Source: Octopus bimaculoides (taxonomy: Eukaryota). From it: a stretch of DNA of 41,802 nt. Both the position numbers and the translations under genes were made by a program. The notes under the pieces are model-generated. The model was not told where the DNA came from. It made no database searches and saw only the letters and a list, made by a program, of their open reading frames with translations. This document shows, piece after piece, positions 1 through 10,797 of this stretch. Every line of letters begins with the position of its first letter. The stretch's first letter is position 1. The stretch is from NCBI RefSeq assembly GCF_001194135.2, contig NC_068986.1, positions 71,471,877 through 71,513,678 on the forward strand, given 5' to 3'.

Positions 1-166
1 ATATATAACATACAGAAAATTGCACTACTGGGTACTGCACACATTCTACGCAAAACACTTTCAATACAGTAAACATAAGAGCACCACAGCAAACCAAAGC
101 ACATACCCAAGGCGCACAGAGCTGCGCTCGGTAGTGAAGTGAAAGCACGTTATAAAAATAAAACTA

Positions 167-170
<4 letters not shown>
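1..170 (+). mobile_element. 3' end of an R4/Dong-clade non-LTR retrotransposon (ORF C-terminus plus 3' UTR)
   Basis: Frame 1 (1-72) reads IYNIQKIALLGTAHILRKTLSIQ*, matching the QK..LLGTA.ILR C-terminal motif of R4/Dong ORFs; followed by about 100 nt of UTR and a (TAA)n tail. Confidence 0.8.

Positions 171-220
<50 letters not shown>
171..220. repeat. (TAA)n microsatellite, tail/target of the Dong-like element
   Basis: Perfect triplet run. Confidence 0.97.
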
Positions 221-435
221 CCTTTCTACTATAGGCACAAGGGCCTAAAATGTTTGAGGAAGGGACAGTCAATTACATCGTTCCCAGTGCGTAATTGGTA
301 CTTAATTTATTGATTTAGAAAGAATGAAAGGCAAAGTCGACCTCGGCGGCATTTGAACTCAGAACGCAGCGACGGACGAAATACCGCTAAGCATTTCGTC
401 CAGCGTACTAACGATTTTGCCAGCTCGCTGCCTTC
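221..435 (-). mobile_element. tRNA-derived SINE, family A
   Basis: Minus strand begins aaggcagcgagctggcaaaatcgttag (A-box-like), has gagttcaaatgcc (B-box-like), then the core gaggtcgactttgcctttcat...aagtacca; homologous copies occur throughout the window. Confidence 0.88.

Positions 436-436
<1 letters not shown>

Positions 437-514
<78 letters not shown>
437..514. repeat. (TAA)n microsatellite
   Basis: Perfect triplet run. Confidence 0.97.
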
Positions 515-516
<2 letters not shown>

Positions 517-2329
517 CAATATTTTAAGCAGTTTCTGGTTCAGTATACCCAATAAAGATTGTAGCGTGAAAGTATTTACTTATACCATCTATTATACTAT
601 GATCCTCTTAAAAAACAAAATAAGTCTTCAAAAGCAGAAAAATTCGCAAGCATTTATTTGCATTTTTGAAACAGGAATAGGAAATTATTATACTCGTCCC
701 TGTAGTCACAGCGTCAGAAATTTTAATGAAATCCAAATCAGAACAAAACATAAACGATCGTTTCAGTCTATCGAGAGGGTTTCTCTGCTCTGTTTTCATA
801 AAACATATGAATTGTTAAGAGAGAACATTCCGTTTTATATGAGTAAAGGCTAAAATCGACATCTGTTCCTGATAAAATAAATGCAAAAATAAATATGTAC
901 TGTCTGCGTGTAAGTAGTTATCAGAATATATAAGAAGCAACTACAATAGTACAATGGAACAATAATTTAAGTTTTGTAATTCAGTTTTTCTTACGATAAA
1001 AAGTGCTAGAAAATAATCTACAAAATTCAAATGATAAAAAAATAAATACTTCACGTTCCAACAATAACAGTCAATGACTAAAACTTTTAAATTTATTTAG
1101 ATATGAAAACCTCCTCACAAGTTATGAAAACGTATTAGCATTTACTTAATTTCAAAATTAATATATTGTACATAATATCAACAGAAACTATATTATGAAT
1201 AGTGTAAAATATAACGTGTATTATGAATACATATTAAGTTTACACTCTATATAAACAATAAAAATTTTGAAGTGTCCACGTTTTATATATTATTACAATA
1301 ACATTTAGAAAATAAGGGGAGAAGAGGAGATGAAGATAAGAGTGGAGAAAGAATGGAATAGACATAAATTAGAGGTACTGTGAAAAAGTAAGTCGAAAAA
1401 GAGTGAGCAAAAATATAAAATAGTATGGTCACTTGTACATATTTCTAGTTGTAGCAGAATGAGCAATAAGAAAAGTGTGATTAGGAGGGCGAATTGTTGT
1501 TAGGAAGCTATTTTAGTTGCGTTGAGCTGATTATTCTATGGATGCATGTTACCATAAAAGATCATAAAACATTTTGAATCCTCGCATTTGAAAAGCAGTG
1601 GAGTGTTTTATTATTCTATAGAATTCTTTTAATTCTCTTATTTAGATAATGAGTTAAACTCTACTTTGATTTTCAAAACTAATGTCTGCTACAACTTGAC
1701 TCGTTTGTTTTGTGCCAATGCAAATTATAATACAGTTCTTTTCTGCTGAATGCCATTATGGTAATCAAAGACAATCAATGGAATTGGTGTCATTTGAAAA
1801 TTATAGTTTATTTATTGATTCATTTTGGTATGAAACAACGAAAAGTATTATAGAAAGCTAATTCACTGAATCCACTGAGTAAATTAATGGCGATCCCACT
1901 GGGAGAATATGTGAATTCAGTTCTACTAGAATGTGAATTTTAGGCAGTGAAACATCAAAAGGAAATCACTCAGAAGCTTTACTGTCTTGGTTTTTTTCTA
2001 CTGTAACCTATTTAATAGCAATGTTTCTAATTTGCTCTGAATAAAAGTACGAAACACAATTCAATGAAATAACATTACATAATATGTGCAATATTTTGGA
2101 TAGTTTATGTAATAAATTCAGCACTGAAATTTTAAGAGGTTTTAGAATTTTGAGATATCAACTGCATGTCAGACCTAGATATTAAATCTAGCTGCGATGT
2201 TTTAATTGTAATTTTAATGTTCTTAACTTCAATATATTCAATACGTTTCCCGACCAGAGTTATCATGCTCGTATATCTACGTACATATGCATGCTGAAGT
2301 GATTCTCATTCATTCAAGCTCCTTTTTAT

Positions 2330-2690
2330 TCAGGCATCTGGGTGGGTCTCACCGTGCAAATAGGTTACAAGTTGGGGTGCTAGCTCCTCCTGAGATAGGT
2401 ACTGAAGTTACATCTAATCCTGGCAATCGGCATAAAGCTGCCACTAATTGTCTCCACTCTTGGCGCGCACAACTCCGCCCCCATCATCAGCTATGATATA
2501 TCGCCACATGAAAGTACCACACTAGACCCCACTTTGTTCGGGGATGACCAAAAACCTTTGACTGCTCCGAGAATGGGTACGGCCACGAAAACCTTCATTA
2601 CTTGGGTTTGTGCTTGTCTGCGATATTCAGTCCTCTGGGCAGTTATTGTATGAGGAAGAATGTGATCTGTAAGCGCGCAGTTATTATTAT
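2330..2690 (-). mobile_element. Possible degraded 3' end of an RTE-type LINE (GC-richer island)
   Basis: Minus-strand pieces RRQAQT / NPSNEGFRGRT / CARQEWRQLVAALC loosely follow the RTE C-terminal pattern RQALTWNP.GKR.RGRP ... AQDR..WR.LV.ALC; needs frameshifts. Confidence 0.35.
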
Positions 2691-2770
2691 TTGCAAACAT
2701 CGCAGAACATGACTGGTTAACTAATATACTATACAAACATATGCACATACATACACACACATATAGTCAT

Positions 2771-2775
<5 letters not shown>

Positions 2776-2839
<64 letters not shown>

Positions 2840-3404
2840 NNNNNNNNNNNNNNNNNNNNNNNNNNNNNNNNNNNNNNNNNNNNNNNNNNNNNNNNNNNNN
2901 NNNNNNNNNNNNNNNNNNNNNNNNNNNNNNNNNNNNNNNNNNNNNNNNNNNNNNNNNNNNNNNNNNNNNNNNNNNNNNNNNNNNNNNNNNNNNNNNNNNN
3001 NNNNNNNNNNNNNNNNNNNNNNNNNNNNNNNNNNNNNNNNNNNNNNNNNNNNNNNNNNNNNNNNNNNNNNNNNNNNNNNNNNNNNNNNNNNNNNNNNNNN
3101 NNNNNNNNNNNNNNNNNNNNNNNNNNNNNNNNNNNNNNNNNNNNNNNNNNNNNNNNNNNNNNNNNNNNNNNNNNNNNNNNNNNNNNNNNNNNNNNNNNNN
3201 NNNNNNNNNNNNNNNNNNNNNNNNNNNNNNNNNNNNNNNNNNNNNNNNNNNNNNNNNNNNNNNNNNNNNNNNNNNNNNNNNNNNNNNNNNNNNNNNNNNN
3301 NNNNNNNNNNNNNNNNNNNNNNNNNNNNNNNNNNNNNNNNNNNNNNNNNNNNNNNNNNNNNNNNNNNNNNNNNNNNNNNNNNNNNNNNNNNNNNNNNNNN
3401 NNNN

Positions 3405-3463
<59 letters not shown>

Positions 3464-3500
3464 CACATATATCATATATATGATATATATATTATACATA
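2776..3500. repeat. (CT)n-(TA)n compound microsatellite spanning assembly gap 2840-3404
   Basis: Directly visible. Confidence 0.95.
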
Positions 3501-3929
3501 TATAATATAGATAACTGTTTATATAACAACCATTTCCTTCACGACATTCTAACTGTCAAATCCTCAACAACCAAAGCATCGATCACTGCCACTTTCTCGA
3601 CATTATAAGCTGTATCCAGTGCTATTATTAAACAACTATAATCATGCTTCATTGGTGTCAGCAATTGTTCAGCACGGTATCGGGGCTCACTGCCGAGCAG
3701 CGTTTAATTCTATTTTCTACTACATTGGTGTCTGATGTGAGGAAAGTATCTTAGAGACTGTATGTTAGGGATTAACTTCGTTGATACCACCTAATTTGGC
3801 ATTAGAAGAATCACTAAAGACAGCATTATTGTTTCTGGAAAACCTCCGGCTCTCAGAACAGCACAAGAAAACAGTCATCTTCTGAATTTTTTGTCATTAC
3901 TACATTTTAACATCTAAAAGTTAATAATT

Positions 3930-4520
3930 GGAAATTCCATATGTAGATAGTTGGATTGACATACTAGAATGCTGAGATAAAAATCTTAAACAACACCATT
4001 TGCACAGAGCCCACAAACCGAAGAGAAGGAGGGGCCGCCACATTCCACAATTATTCCCTTGTTATGGAATGTAGAGGATGTATTTTTCGACGGTTCGTGT
4101 GAATTCGTGTCTTTGCACAACAAAGTTATGACAACTATAATTTACCTCTAGCATACTTCTACGAGTTTCTCTACACAACTGAGTTCTTTAACGATAAAAA
4201 AATAACCAGTTCTGAAAACGTATCAACAGTAGTCGACTTCAACCATCATTGTCGAATGGCCCACAAAATACTTTGAAACCAAATTGTTAGTTTATTGCAA
4301 TAATTTTTGCATATAAATTAAGACTGTTGTCGCTTTTTAACTTAACAAATAATTTCATTCACTCTTTCAATCAATGCTTAAGGTATTGAGGTACAATTTA
4401 AGTGCTTTCGACGTAATATTAACGCTCGCTTATTTATAAATATTTCGAAACCAAACCAACTGTACTCGTACTACCTTTGACATTAAAGTTATGTCAGGAG
4501 TTTCAGGATATAACTATCAA
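3930..4520 (+). mobile_element. Degraded APE-endonuclease region of a CR1/L2/Jockey-group LINE
   Basis: Frameshifted pieces SWID, AEIKILNNTI, NRREGGAATF, TTIIY and VVDFN occur in the order expected for ETWL / EI.IP.Y.I / DR.GGGVAI / IYRP / GDFN. Confidence 0.5.
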
Positions 4521-5956
4521 TGTATGTTCAAAATAAACTCCAGCCAGACGAGAAAAAAAATCAATTTAAATGACTTCCCCGTATTAATGACAACCTGGGT
4601 TAAGGTTGATCGAAACATAAGTAGTTTGTGTTCTATGCATCTGTCAAATTATTCGTTTCAATGAAGTCATGTATCTAATAGTGAAATACCTGCAGAAGGT
4701 TTTGATTAAAAGTGAAAATCGAGTAGTGACAACTTACTCTCAGTATCAGAGACATTTATGCATTGTGCATGACTGCAATCTAAAAAGAAAGTACATGATT
4801 GTCTCACATTGCAGAGCCAAACAGTTGTATTCTTGAGTGCATTAGATTTACATTACACCGATTATCTAGCTAGTCTTTACGTTTAACATGAACCGAATGA
4901 TATCTCACTTACTGGACGTTATTATATTTATGTCTATCTTTTGTGGAATTTTATGGATTTATTAGTTTTGTAACTGTTTTGTTATTGAGTGTAACAAAGA
5001 TATATCATATTACAAAATACAAGACTTATTGATTAGTTATTGAAAATATATAAAAATATCATGATTGGCCGATTATTCTCTAGAAGGGAGAAATCTGAAC
5101 TGCCTTGTAGCTTCGTTTTACTGACTGGTGATTTTATTGACAGTATTTAGCAGACAAGTGATAAAGTGATCATATATATTAAAAAGCTAATTTCCAGCTG
5201 CATTTCAAATTAATTCGCAACTAGCCAGTACCCATTGAGTATTTATGAATGACAAATAACGTATTATAATGAAAAAAAAAAAGAAACATTAAGCGGATAT
5301 AAAGACAATATTCGCCATATTGGCACAATATGGTCAGATTTTGATTTCAGATCTAGAATAAGGAAAAAAACAACCTGAGGAGACTTGAAAACTTACGTAG
5401 AGCTGAAGAAGAAAGTCTTGCAATTTTAATAATGTTTCGGCAATGATTTATATGAGAAATTGCTCTTAGAGGCCATCAGATATTTTTGAGGTGCAGTATT
5501 GTTAGACTTGTTTATCTCCAGCCATGGTGAGTCGCAAGACCGTTTTCCCAGTATGTATATATTTGCATATTGGCGATGTTGATGTTTCTATTCGATGTTT
5601 CCGACGTCTCTGTTCGTAAACAGAACAGAAGTCTACCATGCAGTATTTAGCTTTTATACAAATGATATCTGTGTGAGAATGGTGAGAGGGAATAATATGT
5701 TTTGTTAGAGGCGACTCGATAGGGTAAAACATTTCTAAATAATAATTTTCATGTTCTCAAATAAACCTAAGATATTCCAGAATTGCTAGATTGCAGTTTG
5801 TCGGAGAAATTTCCTTTTCAAACTTCAATAGTGGTTTGGCAGTAAAGCTCTGTGTGAAGCTCAGTGACCAGTATTTTAAGCCTAAGTTTATAGTTTGAGA
5901 AACAGTCGAAAGCTACCCGGATGTCAAAGTAACAACATAACTTTTGTTGTGTGTAG

Positions 5957-6052
5957 GAACATTGCTATGTTCCCATTGGGAAAGATATAATGAAGAGTTT
6001 ATTGGAGAAAGCAGTTAGCTCTGAAACACACACTTTAATAGAAATGAAAGAG
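5957..6052 (+). CDS. Candidate internal exon of an unidentified gene (EHCYVPIGKDIMKSLLEKAVSSETHTLIEMKE)
   Basis: Bounded by ttttgttgtgtgtAG and AG|GTacga; 96 nt, open, phase 0-0; no homologue recognised. Confidence 0.3.
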
Positions 6053-7299
6053 GTACGACTGTGGTAATGGCTAGGAATGTTATCGCATGGTGACTGCGAT
6101 AGTAATGTTATATATTTCCCAGAATACGAGCTAACAGATGCAGGCGAAAAGTAAAGAATCTTATAACATAATTGTAAAATTATAGTAAATTTCAAACTCG
6201 TCTCGAAGTATTGGCATTTCTTAAAGGAAAACTAAGACAAAATTGTCTATTCTAAAGTCTTTTCATGAAACAGGTTTAACACATGATTAGCACGAAGAAA
6301 GATACTGCTCAGAATGTCGAAGCTAGAAAGAAGTAATTACTCGCCAGAAAATAGATAAGAAAATTAAAACGGGAAACATTCTATCGAATGAAACTGCTGA
6401 ATTAAAACTAAAAATTTCTAATAGCCAAACAACAACAAATCTGAACAGACATGTAACGTACTAGCCATGATCGTATTTTATGCTTAGTTGAACGAATCCT
6501 CGCGCCAGATAATTAAGATGTCTTGCTATATTTGATACCCGTAGGCGCTTTCCTTTTTTCTTGTATTTTATTTTCATTAAACAAAACAAGTCAACCATCT
6601 CACTGCATGCTGAATTTTTCTACTCGATTTCTCACATATTAGAGTATTAAGAGTTAAGAACGTATTATACTGATATTACTTTTAGGGGTAAAATACGAAA
6701 ACACTATGGCTGCTGATGTCAAGTGCTGATTCAATAAATCAATTCGGTGACATATGTGAAAAAGCAAGCACAGTTGTAATTAACGTATGCAATACTTTCA
6801 ATGTATCTAACTTCTTAGGCTCTTTGCTTCACTTTCTGTTCTCACATCAAACATATATATATGTGTATATATAACAATAAGAAAATGGAGGGGAATAGGT
6901 GGTATTCATCAACTTGCAGACATTGTATTGTGTCAATTTACCTGTTTATTTGTTAACTAAGAGGACAATAATAACAATATACAAACACATGCGATATATT
7001 ATGTCATATCAGTCATTAAGAAAGGACATCTAGTGACCGAAAATGGGACAATGACTTACAGCTGTTTCAGTCTAGTGGTGGCATGCCTCATTCTATCTAT
7101 ATAACTCCAGTAAGCTGAAGTAATTCATAGATGAAATGGATGAAATAAAGGTACATGTATGATTCTCCAGGCCTCTTCAGAGATTTTATAAAGTTCTTGA
7201 AGTTAATTTACAACATCCAAATATAGACATAAAAAATCGTAAAAACTCAAATATATATGCATGCTTTAACATATATAGATATACATAAATAATTTTTGT

Positions 7300-8428
7300 C
7301 TATTCTTCAGCTGAAACTGTCTCCAGTTCTTGTAGTGATGCTGGTGGAGGATATCGAATCCTTACTTGTTTTCCTAAAATGCACCATAAATGTTCAATAA
7401 TATTAACATCTGGGTACTGTGGTGGCCGGATAAGATGTTCAACTTCACTAGAATGTTCCTCGTGCCATTCAGTAACAACTTTAGCTGTGTGAATTGGTGC
7501 ATTATCATCCTGAAAGAATGCGTTTCCCTCCGGAAACAGTTCTGCAACCATAGGATGAATGAATTTTAGCAGATAAAATGCTTAAATAATCTTGACTATT
7601 AATTCTGCCATGAAGGGAAACCATTGACACGGTGGATTTCCAAGATATATACCCCCAGATCATCACAGATCCTCCTCCATGTTTAGCAGTTGGAAGAAAG
7701 CAGTCTGGGTCAAATGCTTCTTTTGGCTGTCTCCGCATGTGTACTCGGTGGGTGGTCGGAAATAAGGTAAAGAATGACTTGTCCGAGAAAATAACATTCT
7801 TCCACTACTCTAGGGACCAATTCTGTAGGTTTTTACTCCTCTCTAAACGCTTTGCAACATTTGTTTTTGAAAGTAGTGGTTTTCTGATAGCAGCCCTCCC
7901 AAGAAATCCGGCTTTGTACAGCTCCCGACGAAGAGTTTTAGTGGAAAATGGGTTCTCGAGGTGGCCATTAAGCTCTGCAGTAATTTGAGGAGCTGTACTT
8001 TTGTGATCCTTTCTAACAATTCGCGTAAGAGTCCGGCGGTCTCTATCTGAAAGTTTTGGTTTTTCTTCCCGAGTTTTGTTTCGACGAGGAGGTTTTCCCT
8101 CTTTCTCAAAAGCTGTAATTACTTTCAAGACAGTATTTCTTGATACACCAAACAATATCGGGTGTTTTCGTTACGCTAGTACCTGCCATACGAGCACCAA
8201 CAATTTGACCTCTTTGAAAGTCCGATAGATCTGACATTTTAATGAATTTTAATTACCTTTTTTTGACGATATCTGAAAAGAAACAACAATTTTAGCAAAA
8301 AATATTAAGCAATACTCATAATAAATAAATAAAAACATAAAAATAAACAACCTTTTGATGGTTTTACAGATATTTCAAAATTATGATGCTATGATGCTAG
8401 GTGTTTCCATTATTTTGTCCAACCTCTG
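7300..8428 (-). mobile_element. Tc1/mariner DNA transposon, 3'-truncated, transposase pseudogene with DD36E spacing
   Basis: HTH region (FGVSRNTV...RKPLLS), WKNVIFSD (D at 7781-7783), KHGGGSVMIWG, FQDDNAPIH, PDVNIIEHLW; 5' TIR CAGAGGTTGGACAAAATAATGGAAACAC at 8428-8401 with TA at 8429-8430; in-frame stop at 7805 and frameshifts; no matching TIR near 7300. Confidence 0.93.
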
Positions 8429-8439
8429 TATACTTTTAT

Positions 8440-8606
8440 GTATGGATGTGTGTATGCACACACGTGCATCCGTGTATGTATTTGTGTATCTGTGTTCTGT
8501 GTATATGTATCTGTGTGTATATATGTAGATGTATATTTAATGTATATATATATATATGTGTGTGTGTGTGTATGTGTGTGTGTGTGTGTGTGTGTGTATG
8601 CATATG

Positions 8607-8642
<36 letters not shown>
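8440..8642. repeat. (TG)n/(TA)n microsatellite region before gap 8643-9095
   Basis: Directly visible. Confidence 0.93.
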
Positions 8643-9689
8643 NNNNNNNNNNNNNNNNNNNNNNNNNNNNNNNNNNNNNNNNNNNNNNNNNNNNNNNNNN
8701 NNNNNNNNNNNNNNNNNNNNNNNNNNNNNNNNNNNNNNNNNNNNNNNNNNNNNNNNNNNNNNNNNNNNNNNNNNNNNNNNNNNNNNNNNNNNNNNNNNNN
8801 NNNNNNNNNNNNNNNNNNNNNNNNNNNNNNNNNNNNNNNNNNNNNNNNNNNNNNNNNNNNNNNNNNNNNNNNNNNNNNNNNNNNNNNNNNNNNNNNNNNN
8901 NNNNNNNNNNNNNNNNNNNNNNNNNNNNNNNNNNNNNNNNNNNNNNNNNNNNNNNNNNNNNNNNNNNNNNNNNNNNNNNNNNNNNNNNNNNNNNNNNNNN
9001 NNNNNNNNNNNNNNNNNNNNNNNNNNNNNNNNNNNNNNNNNNNNNNNNNNNNNNNNNNNNNNNNNNNNNNNNNNNNNNNNNNNNNNNNNNNNNNNGTGAG
9101 AGAGGGGGAGCGAGAAAAAGAAAGGAGGAAAGAAAGAAGAAAGTCGTACTGAATTTAGATATATACTTACTTACAAGTTGAGAACTCTTTCTTTCCATTT
9201 TCCTGTTTCTTGCTGCCCCTCTCTCACGTATCTCGGCATTCTCTTTCTTTAATCTCTCTACTTTCCTCTGTAATCATGCTTGTACCTTTCCCTCTATCCA
9301 CCCTCTCTCTAGTTCCTTCCCTAATTCTTCAATCCCTCTGCTCCCTACCTCTCTCTGTTTCTCCCACATGACCAGTACTCGGCCAAGCATGATTTTTCTA
9401 ACTTGGCCTGACCGCCGCTCGCACATCACCTTATTTTCCTGTCTCCTGAATTTCATTTATGTTTGTAACCGCAAGGCTTCCACTTCACTCGCCAGCTTAA
9501 CTTAGCTTGTCCTTTTAGTCGAAAGACACCTGTTGTTATTCTCATGTTTGTATTTGTAATCTTGTAACATATTCTCCGTTTCTCGTTTTTGTTTACTTTG
9601 TCCGTGTTGTCACACATATTCGCTTGCTTTCTTCTAAACATTTAATGCTTTTAGCTTAGATTTTTGGGGCCTACCAATTTCGAACAGTC

Positions 9690-9850
9690 TCAAGTGTAAC
9701 AGGCTGAAATTGTAATGATGATTAGAAGCTTGACTGATGAATAGTAAGCTACGAATGTTCCGTCCTGGTTTTCCTGTCCGTCCTTGTATCGTCCATCTGT
9801 CCGCGTTATGTTTTCATTGTCGTCCGTTATGTTCTTGTTCCGTTCTTTTT
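9690..9850 (+). mobile_element. Possible Penelope-like terminal-repeat fragment with degenerate hammerhead core
   Basis: CTGATGA-atag-taag-ctac-GAAT at 9734-9756 followed by a T-rich tail; no RT or GIY-YIG coding sequence seen. Confidence 0.3.
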
Positions 9851-10107
9851 TATTTATATATATATATATATAGTGTCGTTGTTACACCTTTTCCTCAAAT
9901 TGAAAGTATATATATATATATACATATAAAAACACTTTAATTGAAATACAGCTTCCCAAAACTTAAACATCTAATATAATAAATGAAAAAACTCATTTCT
10001 GTGTGTCAGTGTGTCACACTTTGACCTCCTCCCTCACTATTCAGTGACACTTCTTCGTGCTGGAGTGAGAGTAATAGTAGGCATAAAGACGGTGAGAACG
10101 GTGGCGA

Positions 10108-10111
<4 letters not shown>

Positions 10112-10192
<81 letters not shown>
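10112..10192. repeat. (GA)n microsatellite; a second, degenerate GA tract lies at about 10305-10410
   Basis: Directly visible. Confidence 0.97.
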
Positions 10193-10197
<5 letters not shown>

Positions 10198-10357
10198 TGA
10201 GAGGAAGGAAAGAAAAAGACAAGGAGTGAAAGAGAGACAGAAAATTTAGGGAGAGTTGATGTTTTATTAAAAGTAGTAGTGTTGATGGCAGCAATGGGAG
10301 TTATAATAAGAGAGAGAGAGAGGGAGAGAGAGAGAGAAAGAGAGAGAGAGAAAGAGA

Positions 10358-10389
<32 letters not shown>

Positions 10390-10619
10390 AAGATAGAGTG
10401 AGAGAGAGAGTGGGTATGTGAGAGAAAGAGGGAGATGATGTACAACTTTCCTGGACAGAAATTCCTGTGGCCAACATACTGAATCAACTACTGAACTCTA
10501 TTATTTTTGTTTTATTTTTTGCCTTCTGTAATACAAACATGGATATATATGTGTGTGTGTGAGTGTGTGTATGTGTGTGTATGTGTGTGTACATATATAT
10601 ATATGGGAGAATATACAAA

Positions 10620-10797
10620 TAATAACAACAGACGAGGACAGGTGGTGTAAATAACAAAAGTATATATTAGTATGACGCTCGGGAATACGGAAAGTCTCTG
10701 ACGTTTCGAGCTACGCTCTTCAACAGAAAGAATACGGAGACAAGGAGAAAAACACGGAGAAAAAAAATTGAATAGTGTTCAGTCAACGGTCAATCAT
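10620..10797 (-). mobile_element. Penelope-like terminal-repeat fragment with hammerhead-ribozyme-like core
   Basis: Minus strand: CTGTTGA-a-GAGC-gta-GCTC-GAAACG ... CGTC, the ctga.gaagag..ctcgaaacgt signature typical of PLE termini. Confidence 0.55.

Noticed and set aside
171-514. Repeat-spacer-repeat layout (also 29680-31698) that might suggest a CRISPR array
   Set aside because: The repeats are simple (TAA)n of variable length, the spacers are SINE/LINE pieces, there are no cas genes and the sequence is eukaryotic.
566-853. 95-aa plus-strand ORF and overlapping 63-aa minus-strand ORF
   Set aside because: No recognisable motif, non-ATG start, no convincing pair of splice sites.
1700-2185. 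Plus-strand frame with relatively few stops, faintly hAT-like
   Set aside because: No diagnostic transposase motif could be aligned.
2741-3529. 250-aa ORFs in the track (also 8401-9198)
   Set aside because: Translations through N-gaps and (TA)/(CT)/(TG) repeats.
9171-9460. Purine-rich minus-strand frame with a coiled-coil look ending at CTT|GTAAGT
   Set aside because: Contains an internal stop and no acceptor; composition-driven, probably unclassified TE debris.
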